From Mobula hypostoma (taxonomy: Eukaryota), in assembly GCF_963921235.1 (NCBI RefSeq), contig NC_086108.1, forward strand, positions 63,614,001-63,678,000: a stretch of DNA of 64,000 bases, in the 5' to 3' direction. A model generated the notes under the pieces. The model saw nothing but the letters and a program-made list of their open reading frames with translations. It had not been told where the DNA came from and searched no databases. The first letter of the stretch is position 1. Every line of letters begins with the position of its first letter. This document shows positions 12,336-25,143 of the stretch, one piece after another. Both the position numbers and the translations under genes were made by a program.

Positions 12336-13340
12336 GTCAAGTCAAGTCAAGTCAAGTTGCTTTTATTGTCATTTCAACCATAACTGCTGGTACAGTACAC
12401 AGTAAAGACGCAACAACAATTCTCCAGGACCATGGTGCTACATGAAACAACACAAAACTACCCTAGACTATCTGAAACAACACTAAACTACACTAGACTA
12501 TGTGAAACAACACAAAACTACATTAGACTTCAGGCCTACACGGGACTACATGAAGTGCAAGACAGTACAATAATTAATAAACAAGACAATAGGCACAGTA
12601 AAGGACAAATTACAATATAATAATAAATGATGTAAACGTAAGCAATGTAAACAATGTTTCAGCAGGAATTGAGAAAGAAATGAGCGAAAATTGCAAAGGG
12701 AGTGGAGTGGTGTTCAGTTGTGTGTGTGTGTGTGTGTGTGTGTGTTGGTGTCAGACTGGACTCTGGGAATTAAAGATTCTAATGGCTTGGGGGAAGAAAC
12801 TGTTACACAGTCTGGTCATGAGAGCCCGAATGCTTCATTACCTTTTTCCAGATGGCAGGAGGGAGAAGAGTTTGTATGAGGGGTGCATGGGGTCTTTCAC
12901 AATGTTGTTAGCTTTACGGATGCAGCATGTGGTGTAAATGTCTGTAATGGCGGTAAGAGAGACCCCGATGATCCCTTCAGCTGACCTCACTATCCACTGC
13001 AGAGTCTTGCAATCCGAGACGGTGCAATTTCCGAACCAGGCAGTAATGCAGCCGCTCAGGATGCTCTTGATACATACCCTGTAGAATGTGGTGAGGATGT
13101 GGGGTGGAAGATGGACTTCTTTCAGCCTTCGCAAAAAGTAGAGACGCTGCTGGGCACTTTTGGCTATGGAGCTGGTGTTGAGGGACCAGGTGAGATTCTC
13201 CGCCAGGTGAACATCAAGAAATTTCGTGCTCTTAATGATCTCTACGGAGGAGCCGTCAATGTTCAGCAGAGAGTGGTCGCTCGGTGCTCTCCTGAAGCCA
13301 ACAACCATCTCTTTTGTTTAGTTCACATTCAGATACAGTT
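12336..13340 (-). mobile_element. Rex1/Babar-like LINE 3' portion inserted in a CR1 relic
   Basis: ORF 12838-13308 (KFLDVHLAENLTWS...AQQRLYFLRRL...CITAWFGN), (CTTGA)n tail, internal 3x30-bp repeat at 12438-12527 and (GT)n at 12719-12745. Confidence 0.85.
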
Positions 13341-13429
13341 AAGTGCTGACAGCATTTAAGAAGCACCTGGATGAGCATTGAATTGTTTGGGCATAGGAGA
13401 ATATTGGTCATGCTGGAGAATGGGATTAA

Positions 13430-15830
13430 GGCATAGAAGAAGAATTAGGCCATTCAGCCCACTGAGTCTGCTCCACCATTTCATAAAGGCTGATCCCTTT
13501 CCCTCTCAACCCCTATTTTCCTGCCTTTTCCCCAGAACCTTTCACCTCTCACTAATCAAGAACCTATCAACCTCAACCTTAAATGCACTCAGTGACCTGG
13601 CCTCCATAGCCACCTGTGGCAACAAATTCCACACATTCTCCACCCTCTGGCAAAAGAAATTTCACTTTATCTCTGTTCTAAATGGATATCCCTCTAAGTT
13701 GAGGCTATGCTCTCTGGTCGTTGATGCGCCCTACCAAAGGAAACATCCACTTCATATCCACTCTATCTAGGCCTTTCAGCATTTGATAGGTTTCAATGAG
13801 ATCCCCTCCCCCTCATTCTTCAAAACTGCAGTGAGCACTGGCCCAGAACCTTCAATCACTGCTCATATGATGACCCGTTCATTCCTGGAATCATTCTCGT
13901 GAGCCTCCTCTGAGCCTTCTCCAATGTCAGCATATCCTTTCTTAAATAAGGGACCAAAACTGCTCCCAATGCTCCATGAGGTTTCACCAGTGCCTTATAC
14001 AGCCCCAGCATTATATCCTTGCTTTTATATTCTAGTCTTCTTGAAATGAATATTAATATTGCATTTGCCTTCCTCACCACCAATTCAACCTACAAACTAA
14101 TGTTTAGAGAATCCTGTGTGAGTACTGCCCAATCTGTTTGCACCTCACATTTTTGAATTTTCTCCCCATTTAGAAGATAGTCTAATAGAAAATTGTTTGC
14201 CTGATCAAACACTTCCTAACACTGTATCCATCTGCCACCTCTTTGCCCATTCTCTTAATCTGTCTAAGTCCTTCTCAGCCTCTCTTCTTCCTCAACCCTA
14301 CGTGCCCTTGCACCAGTCTTAGCTTTGTCTGCAAACCTGACCACAAAGCCATCAATTTCATCATCTAAATCGTTGACATATTGTACAATGTAAAAAGAAG
14401 CAGCTCAATACATACCCCTTGGAATGTCTCTAGTCACTGGCAGCCAATCTGAAAAGGATCCTTTTATTCTCACTCTTTGTCTCCTGCCAATCAGCCAATG
14501 CTGTATCCATGCTAGTATTTTTCCTGTGCTCTTATCTTGTTAAGCAGCCTTGGTGCAGCACCTTATCAAAGCCTTTTGAAAATCCAACTACAGAACATCC
14601 ACTGATTTTCCTTTGTCTATCCTGCTTGTTATTTATTCAATGAATTCCAATGGATTTGTCCGACAAGGTTTTCCCTCAAGGAAATCATGCTGACTTTGGC
14701 TTATTTTGTCATGTACCTCCAAGTACCCCAAAACCACATCCTTAATAATCAACTTCAACATCTTCCCAACCACTGAGGTCTGGCTAACTTGCCTAAAAGT
14801 CCTTTGCAACACACACAAAATACTGGAGGAACTCAGCAGGCCAGGCAGCATCAATGGAAAAGAGTAAACAGCCGACGTTTCAAGCTGAGACCCTTCATCA
14901 GTACTGATTTTGTGTGTGTGTTTGGATTTCCAGCATCTGCTGATTTTCTTGTGTCTATAAATTCCTTTCTTCTGCCTTCCTCACTTCTTGAAAGAGTGTA
15001 ATGACATTTGCAATTTTCCAGTCCTCTGGAACCATGCCAGAATCTATTGATTCTTGAAAGATCATCACTAATGCCTCCACAATCTCTTCAGCTACCTCTT
15101 TTAGAACCCTTGGGTGTAGTCCATCAGGGTCCAGGTGGCTTCTCTATCTTTATCTTTCACCATCTCCCTAGGGAAAGCAACTGCACTCACTTCTGTCCCT
15201 TGATACTGTGAAACTTCCAGCATACTACTAGTGAAGATTGATGCAAAATACAAATTCAGTTCGTCTGCCATTTATTGGCTAGCTTACTTTCATAGTTCAT
15301 CTTCTCTCCACCTCCCCCCCCACCACCACCAATGATTTCTTACTCACTCTTCCTTCAGTTAGTCCTGACGAAGGGTCTCGGCCTGAAACGTCGACTGCGC
15401 TTCTTCCTATAGATGCTGCCTGGCCTGCTGCGTTCACCAGCAACTTTGATGTATGTTGCAATGATTTCTTTAGTTGCCTACTGGTCATTTTTAAAAAATT
15501 CCCAATCCTTTAACTTTCTGCTGATTTTTACTCTATTATATGCCCTCCTCTTTCGCTTTGACTTCCCTTATCAGCAACAGTTGTGTTATCCTGCCTTTAG
15601 AATACTTTCTCTTCTTTGAAGTGCATCTATTCTGTGCCTTCTGAATTGCTCCCAGAAACTCTAGCCATTAAAATTCTGCCATCGTCCCTGCAAGTGTCCC
15701 CTTCCAGTCAAGTTTGGCCAGCTCCTCTCTCATGCCTCTGTAGAGCTGATACATTTAACTTTAGCTTCTATGTTTCAAATTGTAGGGTAAATTTTATCAC
15801 AGTTTCCTAATGGTTCCATTACCTTAAGCT
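13430..15830 (-). mobile_element. Decayed CR1 LINE ORF2 with inserted Penelope pseudo-LTR pieces
   Basis: LYKALVKPH, LEKAQRRLTRMIPG and ISQSQHDF motifs. Confidence 0.75.
15361..15396 (+). ncRNA. Minimal hammerhead ribozyme motif (Penelope pLTR type)
   Basis: AGUC-CUGACGA-A-GGG(UCUCGG)CCU-GAAAC-GUC-GACU: full core, helix I AGUC/GACU, GUC cleavage triplet. Confidence 0.75.
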
Positions 15831-16217
15831 CAAGTTCATTTCACAACACCCAATTAATATGGGTGGATGCCCAGAGGTCTTGTTGGTCATTGTGGGCCAG
15901 ATGGCTGTTTATGTCTCCTTCTCACCCGGACTCACCCTGGGACTATTGCTGGCTCCTGAGCAGAACAGACTTGTATAGAACTCAACTAGTGAATGTTGTT
16001 GATTTGCATATTTATTTAACTTTTGCAACATGCAGGGGTAATGATGAAACTCAGCAACCATATTAAGATGGTCCCTTGGGCTTCTGTTCAGTTGTATTTT
16101 GGTTTTTAATGAGTTGAATACCGATATATCTTCTAGCCTTTCCTCACATCCAAGCTTAGATATAGAAGATTGAAACTTTCTATTTCATTTGACATGTATT
16201 TCTTGTTTGGTCATTAG

Positions 16218-16359
16218 GGCACACAAGTAATTGCAAACCTCTACTCAGTGTTGATGGACAAATCAGAATGGGAAACACCTGAGGAATTTAATCCTGAACA
16301 CTTCCTGGACAAAAATGGGAAATTTGTGAGAAAGGAAGCATTTGTCCCTTTCTCTGGAG
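16218..16359 (+). CDS. CYP2 copy A exon 8 ([47 protein letters not shown])
   Basis: cattag acceptor, gtaaat donor, 142 bp, meander/PERF-equivalent FNPEHFLD motif. Confidence 0.95.
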
Positions 16360-17435
16360 GTAAATAGTTTCATTTATGTCACAGTATATGGCAGAAATTA
16401 GTAATTAGTTGAATATTTTAGGAGTGAATGAAAGAAAGAAAGCAGCTTCCTTGCTATTTATTTGGTTCAAGTTACTCGGATTGTACTGTATATCATGTCC
16501 ATTTCTGTCGACCTGACAGATTAACCTTTTACATGTGGGTCCTTCAATAGTTTTGATAGAATGGATACTACAATTTGGAGAATCTTTTAAAACAATCGAA
16601 TGAACAGAAGTTCGTAATCTTTATGGGGAAAGTGACTACAAACTTTTAGCTTCTTCATAATGCTATTTTGTACTAATAAGTAACACAAAAGAAAATCTTC
16701 ATATTCACCATCATTATTCTGACATTTTTATTTTATCTAGCCAACTATAAAGGCAACTTGCATCTCATTTCTGAATATATTATTTATTTTCTAAGATGAG
16801 AGCTTGAAAATATTGAGGGAACAGATTATTTTGAAAAAGGATCTAGTGCTTTCCTGGTGTATGTGACAAATAAACTCTTTTTGGGTTTCCCTGTACAGTT
16901 AATGATAATAACTGATATTTCAATGACAGACTCTGCCATCTTCATCAGGGATGATACCTGGGCTTGTCTTGTCCCGTGGTATTTATGTTGTTTATTAAAT
17001 AGATTATTTTTGCTAGATCATTTACCAACTTCTTTGGTTTGTTATGATATTATCCAATTGATATAATCCTTCCAGGAAGTGCTCTACATGAATAGTCTTT
17101 GGCCTTCTAGGTACCAGGTGGTGTTCCAGAAAGTGGAACCATTTCACTTTCCCCAATACCGTGACTGTAATATGCCTGCTGTGCTGTTCAAACCACATAC
17201 CTCCTTCCAATACACTCTGGATATGGTCAGATATGAGCTGCCATTATATATGAAGCATTTGATCATGCTTATTTATCTGTGTTGTATTAGTTCCTTCAGG
17301 ATAATGGATACAAATTAGAATGAATGTGTATTAAAAATTAAGTTAAACCAACTTTCAGCATTTGCAGTAAGATACATCCATTCATGTTTTTAAATGGTGT
17401 TCATAGTGGAAACCAAGCAAATTACTTCTAGGCTC

Positions 17436-17662
17436 ACATCAAAGTTTCTGGTGAACGCAGCAGGCCAGGCAGCATCTCTAGGAAGAGGTACAGTCGACGT
17501 TTCAGGCCGAGATCCTTCGTCTGGACCCTGAGTCCTGACGAAGGGTCTCGGCCTGAAACGTTGACTGTACCTCTTCCTAGAGATGCTGCCTGGCCTGCTG
17601 CGTTCACCAGAAACTTTGATGTGTGTTGCTTGAATTTCCAGCATCTGCAGAATTCCTGTTAT
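17436..17662. mobile_element. Fold-back Penelope-derived mini-element with 10-bp TSD
   Basis: 92-bp inverted arms (17435-17526 and 17532-17623, 3 mismatches), TSD ttct(a/g)ggctc at 17426-17435 and 17663-17672. Confidence 0.85.
17531..17567 (+). ncRNA. Minimal hammerhead ribozyme motif
   Basis: AGUC-CUGACGA-AGGGUCUCGGCCU-GAAAC-GUU-GACUG. Confidence 0.7.
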
Positions 17663-17984
17663 TTCTGGGCTCCATTCCTTTCTAATCTAAGTAATGTATT
17701 CTGACAGAATTGCTGATCCAGTTGATTCAAATCCAGACTAAGGTCAGCCAATGAAAGAAACTCTTCTCCATTTGTGAAGATATTTTCTGAATCTTATTCA
17801 GGAACCACTGATTGCAAAGATTATACTTCAGCCCCAAAAATTATGTTATGATCGGCAGATAAAGAGAAGATTGTGCTGGGTATTTATACTCGGGGTGCTT
17901 CAATATTTATTCTCGATGCCGGTGAATAGAAAGATTATTTCACATGCCTGTAATTGTATAACGCATATGTCTATTCATTTGCAG

Positions 17985-18160
17985 GAAAATGCAACTGCAT
18001 GGGAGAACCACTGGCTAGAATGCAATTGTTCCTTTTCTTCACTTCTTTAATGCAGAAGTTCAAATTTGTTTTTCCCGTGGGTGTCAAGCCAAGTTTTGAT
18101 GCTGTAATACATCTATTATGCAGCCCTCAGCCATACAAGATATGCGCAGTTCCACGCTGA
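17985..18160 (+). CDS. CYP2 copy A exon 9 (GKCNCMGEPLARMQLFLFFTSLMQKF...AVPR*), carries the heme-thiolate Cys
   Basis: ttgcag acceptor, heme-binding loop, stop TGA at 18158-18160. Confidence 0.95.
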
Positions 18161-18298
18161 ACCAGGAGAGCAGTAGTATCTATTGTATGACACAATACCT
18201 TGGCTCCTTGGACCAGCTTTCTATCTTTCCTCTTTGCAACTCTGAATCCTCTTTAATTCAAGATCACTAAGAAATCTGCCTTTTAAAATCAATATTTC

Positions 18299-18304
18299 AA
18301 TAAA
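18299..18304 (+). terminator. Candidate polyadenylation signal of CYP2 copy A
   Basis: AATAAA about 140 bp after the stop, followed by TG/T-rich sequence. Confidence 0.5.
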
Positions 18305-19841
18305 TGTGTTATTCTAATGCTTTGTGGAAACACGAGGAAAGGAAGCATTCAATTGTAAAGAAGATCAGAACATTCCCTCGATTTAACACTTCTGAAGTAA
18401 CTAAGTATCTCTTTCTGGGTCAGCTCTTCCTGCTAATCAAGGCTAAGAACAACCATCTAACTTCTCTTTAGTCTCTCCCTCACATCTTTCCATCCAACAA
18501 CTGTTCATTGACAGCATCATCTGAAGGCATAAGCCAGTTTTTGCGCAGAAGCCCATGACACATTACAATATCTCTAAATACTCATATCTTCTGTATGTCC
18601 TGATAAAGGATGTTAGTCCATTAACTCTTTATTCCTCTTCATAGATGCTGCCCGGCCTGCTGAGTTCCTTCAGCATTTTCTGTGTGTTACTCTGGATTTC
18701 CAGCATCTGCAGAATCTCTTGTATTTAGTTGTTCCTTCACTACTGTATAAGCAGAAATTTCACAATTTCACAAATCAGTCTTGCTACAAGTTCTTCAGCC
18801 AATGCCAATTCCACTTACTTCTCTAATACTTGTCTGAATTAGACCATTTTTTAAACCTTCGAATAGATTACTTAGATGTTCCTAAGCAAAAATACTTACT
18901 TCTCCTGTAGAACAATAATACTGAGGCCAACAGAGAAGATTTGAATAACTCACAATTGACCAGAGTCATTACTAGAATCATAAACTAACTTGAAGCCATT
19001 AGAAGCTAAACATCTCTACCCTGATTCTTGCCCGGAACTGAATCAGGGGAATGTTTTGGGTGTAAACATCTTCAAATGCTTAATTCTTAATCATCCTTAC
19101 ATGCAAATTCAAATTGCATTTGCATCCTCTGAGATTACTGTAGTGTGTATGTGCTTGCATAAACTTGGACAGCATTCAGCTCTGGGCAGGTATGTAGCAT
19201 GTTATATTCACAATGCACAAACTTGTGGCTATAAAAATCTACAAGAGAAAGTCTCACCACTGTTCTTTGACTTTCAACAAAATCAATACTGTTAAATCCC
19301 CAATTATCAAGATACTTGGAAATACAGATTGGATTGGTTAAAACTTAACTGGATTGGTTAACTAAATACTGTGGTTACAACAATAGATGAAAGGCAGGTT
19401 ATGTTATGATGCATGACTCCCATTTTGGTTCCCTCAAGACACAACTCAGGGGAGCAATAGAAGGCAAAATTAGTGCATCTCCTCCATCATTAAGACATTT
19501 AAAACCATCCCATATATGCAACTCATTTGCTTGTCACCACATCCCCCACTCTTGTACATTTATTCTCTCCACTATCAGCAAACACATCTTGACTATAATG
19601 TGCATCATTACAAAATCATTATTCTGACTTACTTGTTTGGTAACACTTACCATATCCCTAGCTTCTATCTACCTCAAAAGAGAAAATTAGGTGACTTCCG
19701 GCGTCGAGTATGGAGTGAGTTGGTGCGTGTGAGTGTGGCTCCCGATTTTTATTGAAAATCTACCTGTTTATCTTTGCCGTATGCTCGAGATAACTGGATA
19801 CTTACCATTGTGAACAACGCGGGACATAGCTGGACATTGAA

Positions 19842-20736
19842 ATGGCAAGTAGAATGTACCTTCGAAGTAAAGCTGGGGAAAAAGATAGCGAGCCTCGAGC
19901 AAGAAGGCGGATGTTACAGTAATGGCGCCGTTGCTAGTCCCGGACCTGCCCTACCCGATGACTTGGAGAGGCTTCGTTTAGTGCTTATTACTGACATGAC
20001 GCAAGCGGTGCATTCTGCCCTAAAAAGGGAACTTGAAAATGCTTTATCACCAGTGACTGCTACCATGGAACAAATTATGTCTGCTTACGAGACACACGAC
20101 GAACGCATTCGTGAGGTTGAAGACGGCCTGAATGATTACAGTGACCGACTGGTGAGCGCCGAAGCCGCCATTGCAGCGTTGCAGAGCGAAAACGCAGTTC
20201 TGAAGGGAAAGCTAGATGACCTCGAAAATCGGTCGCGGAGATCTAATTTGAGAGTGGTCGGCATTCCTGAAAATTTGGAAGGTTCGGACCCTGTTAAATT
20301 TATGACCGAGTTTTTTGACGAAGTGCTGGGGGCAGATTTTTTCCCAAATCCTCTCGTACTTTCGCGTGCTCACCGAGTCGATGTAAACCATCCGGTGTCT
20401 CTGGAGCCAAGCAAACGAGACCAAGGACGTTCCTGGTTTGCTTTCACTCCTTTCAAGATAAGCAACGCATCACCAACAGACGGAAGCAGGAGCTGTATTT
20501 CCGCGGACACCGCGTGTTTTTTTAATGAAGATTTTAGTGCGGAGCTGGGTAAAAAAGGAGCAGCTTTCAAGGGGGTGAAATCCCTGCTTTACGGGAAAGG
20601 GGTCAGGTTCGGCCTCTTGTATCCCGCCCAGCTCCGGATCATGCATGAAGGTAAAAAGCATTATTTCGATACACCAGAGGCGGCCAAAGAGTTTTACCAT
20701 TCGCGCTGGGGAGAACAAGAACGAGAAGAGCAATGA
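19842..20736 (+). CDS. L1 ORF1p (coiled coil plus RRM/CTD), frameshifted
   Basis: LDDLENRSRRSNLRVVGIPE, RAHR and LLYPAQLRI motifs. The likely ATG at 19842 is out of frame with the main ORF. Confidence 0.85.
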
Positions 20737-21343
20737 CTTTTTTTTAGGTTATTCGTGCAGCATTGAAGGGGCCTCATGCCGAAGCAAACTGTTAATTTTC
20801 ACAATCCACTTCTTTGTTCATTTTTTCCAGTTTAATTTGTGGAACGCGATCGGGTCGAACTGCTATGCTGCCGAAACTGATTAACAAAAACTTTCAACCA
20901 GCAAGATGTAAAAATTTGGGATTTATATCTCGGGTGTTTAAGTTGCCCAGTGTGTTTTTTTTTGTTTTTAATGCTTAGCTTGACCTGTGTTATCTTTAGC
21001 CTATATGTTATATTAAAGGTAGTAAAAGTGATAGGATAAATTTTAAGGAGGGGAGCCACCCTAGATTAGATTGAAAGTTGGGTTGTATGGGGGACGCCTT
21101 GTAAGTTTTTTGTTGGGTACTGCCTGCGATCATCCTCAATTGGGGAGGTAGATCTAGGCTTCGGGGGTTAATTGGGTTTTTTTGTTTGTGTAAAGGGGTG
21201 GGGGGAGTGTTTTGGGGGATTACCATGACAGTTTATTCTTTTGTGTGTTACAGATTGATCAGACTTTCTTTTCATTGTGCGTTATTGTGTGCAACTTATA
21301 CCCTCGCACTGTTTTGGATTGTAGGCCCTGTGTGTCTTTTGAA

Positions 21344-24300
21344 ATGGTTAACATGAGTGCAGCTGATGGAGGCCACCCTGTGAGGTTTATTTCTTGGAAT
21401 GTAAAGGGGCTCAATGGTCCGGTTAAAAGAGCTAAAGTTTTCTCTCATCTGAAACAATTAAAAGCTGATATACTATTTCTACAAGAGACACATTTAAGAG
21501 TGGAGGACCATAATAGACTTCGTAAAGCATGGATTAGTCAGGTTTTTCATTCCAGATTTAATAGTAGGTCCAGGGGGGTGGCAATATTAATCACCAAAAG
21601 AATGCAGTTCACACCATCTGATGTAATCAGTGACCCTAATGGTCGCTTTATTATAGTCTCTGGCTCTCTCTTTCAGATACCTGTTATTTTGGTAAATGTT
21701 TATGCTCCTAATTGGGACGATGTCCAATTTGCAAATAGGGTTTTGTCATTAATACCTAACCTGAATACACATAAGCTAATCTTTTCCGGAGATTTGAACT
21801 GTGCTATTGACCCACTGCTTGATAGGTCTTGCCCTAGGGGAACATTTTCTGGTATGGCAAAGGCCTTCTCGATGTTTATGCAACAAAATGGTTATATGGA
21901 TCCTTGGAGATTTTTGAATCCATCAGTTAGGCAATTCTCTTTCTTCTCTCATGTTCACCACTCCTATTCCAGGCTAGACTATTTCTTTATAGATAATTCC
22001 TTGATACCTGTGATTAGACAAATTGAATACACTGCTATAGTTATATCTGATCACTCGCCCGTGAAACTGGACCTATGTTTTCCTTTAAACGTTAGAGAAC
22101 GGCCTCTGTGGAGACTTAACCCCCTTTTGCTTTCTAATGAGAAATTTTGTAGTTATATATCGGCTAACATTGACACATTCTTCGAGACTAACAAAACTGA
22201 GTCGGTATCGTACTCTTTACTTTGGGAAACTTTAAAAGCTTACTTGAGGGGTCAAATAATATCTTATACTTCACATGCCAATAAAGAGCGTAGGAAGGAA
22301 ATGCAAGTGTTATTGAAATCTATTTGGGACCTGGATAGAAAATACTCTGAGGCACCCACTGTGGAATTATATAAAAGCCGGGTTGATTTGCAAGCGAAGT
22401 TTAATCTTCTATCTACAAACCTATCAGAACAATTAATTCTTAAGACACATGGCCTGTATTATGAATATGGTGACAAGGCAAGCCGGCTTATGGCTCATCA
22501 GTTGAAACGTCAAGCTGCATCACGACTTATTCCTCAGGTAAGAGACATGCACCAGAACTTGACAAGCAATCCAAAAGAGATTAATAACATCTTTGCAACT
22601 TTTTATTCCTCTCTGTATGCCTCAGAGTTCCCCTCAGATAAAACAAATATGGAACGTTTTTTAGATAATTTGGAAATACCAACTCTTGAACCAGAGGAAG
22701 TGGAGAACCTAGATCGGGCTCTTGGGCAGGAAGAGATTAATAATGCCATTATGGCTATGCAGAGTGGTAAGTCCCCAGGTCCTGATGGTTATCCAATAGA
22801 ATTTTATAAGAAATTTAAGGATAAGCTCACACCGGTCCTTCTAGAAGTGTTTCAGGAATCTTTGGAGAATGGCTCCTTACCCCCTTCTCTTTCACAGGCA
22901 GCTATTTCACTACTTCTTAAAAAGGACAAGGACCCGACTCAATGTGGATCATATCGCCCCATTTCACTTTTGAATGTAGATGTGAAAATTTTGGCTAAAG
23001 TGCTTGCATGTCGTTTAGAACATCCCCTTCCCAAGATAATTTCAGATGATCAAACAGGTTTTATTAAAAATCGCTATTCTTTTTTTAATATCCGTCGACT
23101 GGCTGATGTGGTTTATTCACTGAGTGATTCTCCAAGTCCAGAGGTTGTTATCGCCTTGGACGCGGAGAAGGCATTTGATAGAGTGGAATGGGTATACTTA
23201 TTTAGTGTTTTGGAGAAATTTGGATTTGGCAGGATATTTATAGCTTGGGTTAAGCTATTATACCACTCGCCTTCAGCGTGTATACAGACAAATTATTTTC
23301 GATCTGGCTATTTCCCATTAAAACGTGGCACTCGCCAAGGCTGCCCACTGTCCCCTCTTCTTTTTGCAATTGCAATTGAGCCTCTTTCTATTGCAATTAA
23401 GTCAACTACATTATTTCAAGGTGTTATAAGAGGGGACATGGAACACCGTGTTTCCCTATATGCTGATGACCTCTTACTTTATGTTAGCGACCCTATAGGT
23501 AGTAGTCCTGCTATTGTGTCATTATTAGGTCAATTCGGAGCCTTCTCTGGCTGTAAACTGAACTTTCAAAAAAGCAAATGCTTTCCCATTAATAACTTGG
23601 CCCTACAGATCCGACAGGAATCTTTGCCCTTTCCTTTATCTCAAGATGGTTTTGTATACCTAGGAATGCATATTACTCGCTCTTTTACATCTCTGTTTGA
23701 AGCTAACCACAGGCCTCAGGTTAGCCAAATGAAGGCTGATTTCGAGAGATGGCGCAGTTTACCCCTTACTATAGCTGGGAGAATTCAGTCAGTGAAAATG
23801 ACTATACTTCCTAGATTTCTCTATTTGTTTCAGTGTTTGCCAGTTTTCTTATCTAAGTTATTTTTTAAATCAGTTGATCAAGCTATAACCTCCTTTGTTT
23901 GGGAAAATAAGGTCCCAAGGGTTAATAAGCGCATTCTTCAAAGAGGTCGTGAGATAGGTGGAATGGGTCTTCCCAGCTTTATTCATTATTACTGGGCATC
24001 GAACATTCAAAAAGTATTATTTTGGCTTCACCGGCCAGATATAATCTGGTGCCTGCTTGAGTCACGATCTTGCCACTCCTCGTCTCTCCCAGCTTTGGTG
24101 TATTCTTCCTTACCATTGAAATCCTCTCAATTCACATCTAACCCGGTCGTGCTCTCTACCCTCAAAATTTTTAATCAATTTCACTGCCACTATAAGTTCA
24201 TATCAGCTTCAGTTTTGGGCCCCATTCATAAAAACCATTTATTTCCTCCCTCCACATTCGATTCAGCTTTTAGACAATGGGGTTTGAACGGTCTTATGCG

Positions 24301-25143
24301 CATTAAGGATTTGTATACTGATTACATATTTGATAGTTTTGATAACCTGCGCAGTAAGTATGGCCTTCCGCATAATCATTTTTTTTAATATCTGCAGATT
24401 CGCCACTTTGTCAAGGGAAAAATTTCCCTCTTTTCCTGTTCTACCACCTGCTATGTTATGGGAAAAATTCACTCTTAGCTTTAACAATAAGGGGCTGATT
24501 TCTGAACTATACTCTCAGCTGATGTCTTTGGGAGTTCAAGATCTAAACAAAACTAAGAGTAGGTGGGAGGACGACCTCGGTATGGACCTTGCAGAAGAAT
24601 ATTGGGCAAAAGTATTGAATAGGGTTCATTTCTCATCATCATGTGCTAGACTGGGGCTCATACAATTCAAAGTTTTACACAGGGTACATTTAAGTAAAGC
24701 CAGACTGGCAGACATATACCCTGGGACAGACGCTGGCTGTGACAGGTGTTCCTTCTCTCCGGCTGGTTTAATACATGCATTTTGGTCATGCCCTCGGCTT
24801 GATGACTATTGGGCACTGGTTTTTAAAATTATCAGTGAGGTTTTGGGGGTGACAGACCTTGCCCACTTATAGCTGTATTTGGTGTGGCAGATGATGATTT
24901 GGGTTTAAATGCAAGCCAGTCGGATATCATTGCATTTACATCGCTATTGGCCCGTAGGAGAATTTTGCTGGTTTGGAAATCTGCCGCTCCCCCAACTGCT
25001 GCTGCTTGGTTAAAGATGTAATGTTTTTTCTGAAATTAGAAAAGATTAAATCCACTTTGAGGGGGTCTGTGAAAAAGTTCTATTTGAAATGGGGACCTTT
25101 CTTATCATATTTTGGGAGTCTTAAGGAATTACCTACTAGTTGA
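21344..25143 (+). CDS. L1 ORF2p (APE endonuclease, reverse transcriptase, C-terminal CCHC), frameshifted near 24385
   Basis: SWNVKGLN, LQETH, SDH, GTRQGCPLSP and YADD motifs; CDRC...HAFWSC in the downstream frame. Confidence 0.93.

Larger units (their letters stand above)
44..18160 (+). pseudogene. CYP2-family cytochrome P450, copy A (exons 5-9 in window), probable pseudogene
   Basis: Five exons with AG/GT boundaries and CYP2-type sizes and phases (177, 136, 185, 142 bp and a terminal exon). In-frame TGA at 10928-10930 replaces the ExxR arginine, and the heme motif reads FSGGKCNCMG. Confidence 0.85.

Noticed and set aside
12438..12527. 3x30-bp direct repeat as a CRISPR-like array
   Set aside because: Contiguous tandem units without spacers, inside a LINE 3' UTR in eukaryotic DNA.
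21212..21343. N-terminal extension of L1 ORF2 in the ORF track
   Set aside because: It starts at a non-ATG codon in the inter-ORF spacer; the endonuclease domain begins after the ATGs at 21344/21353.
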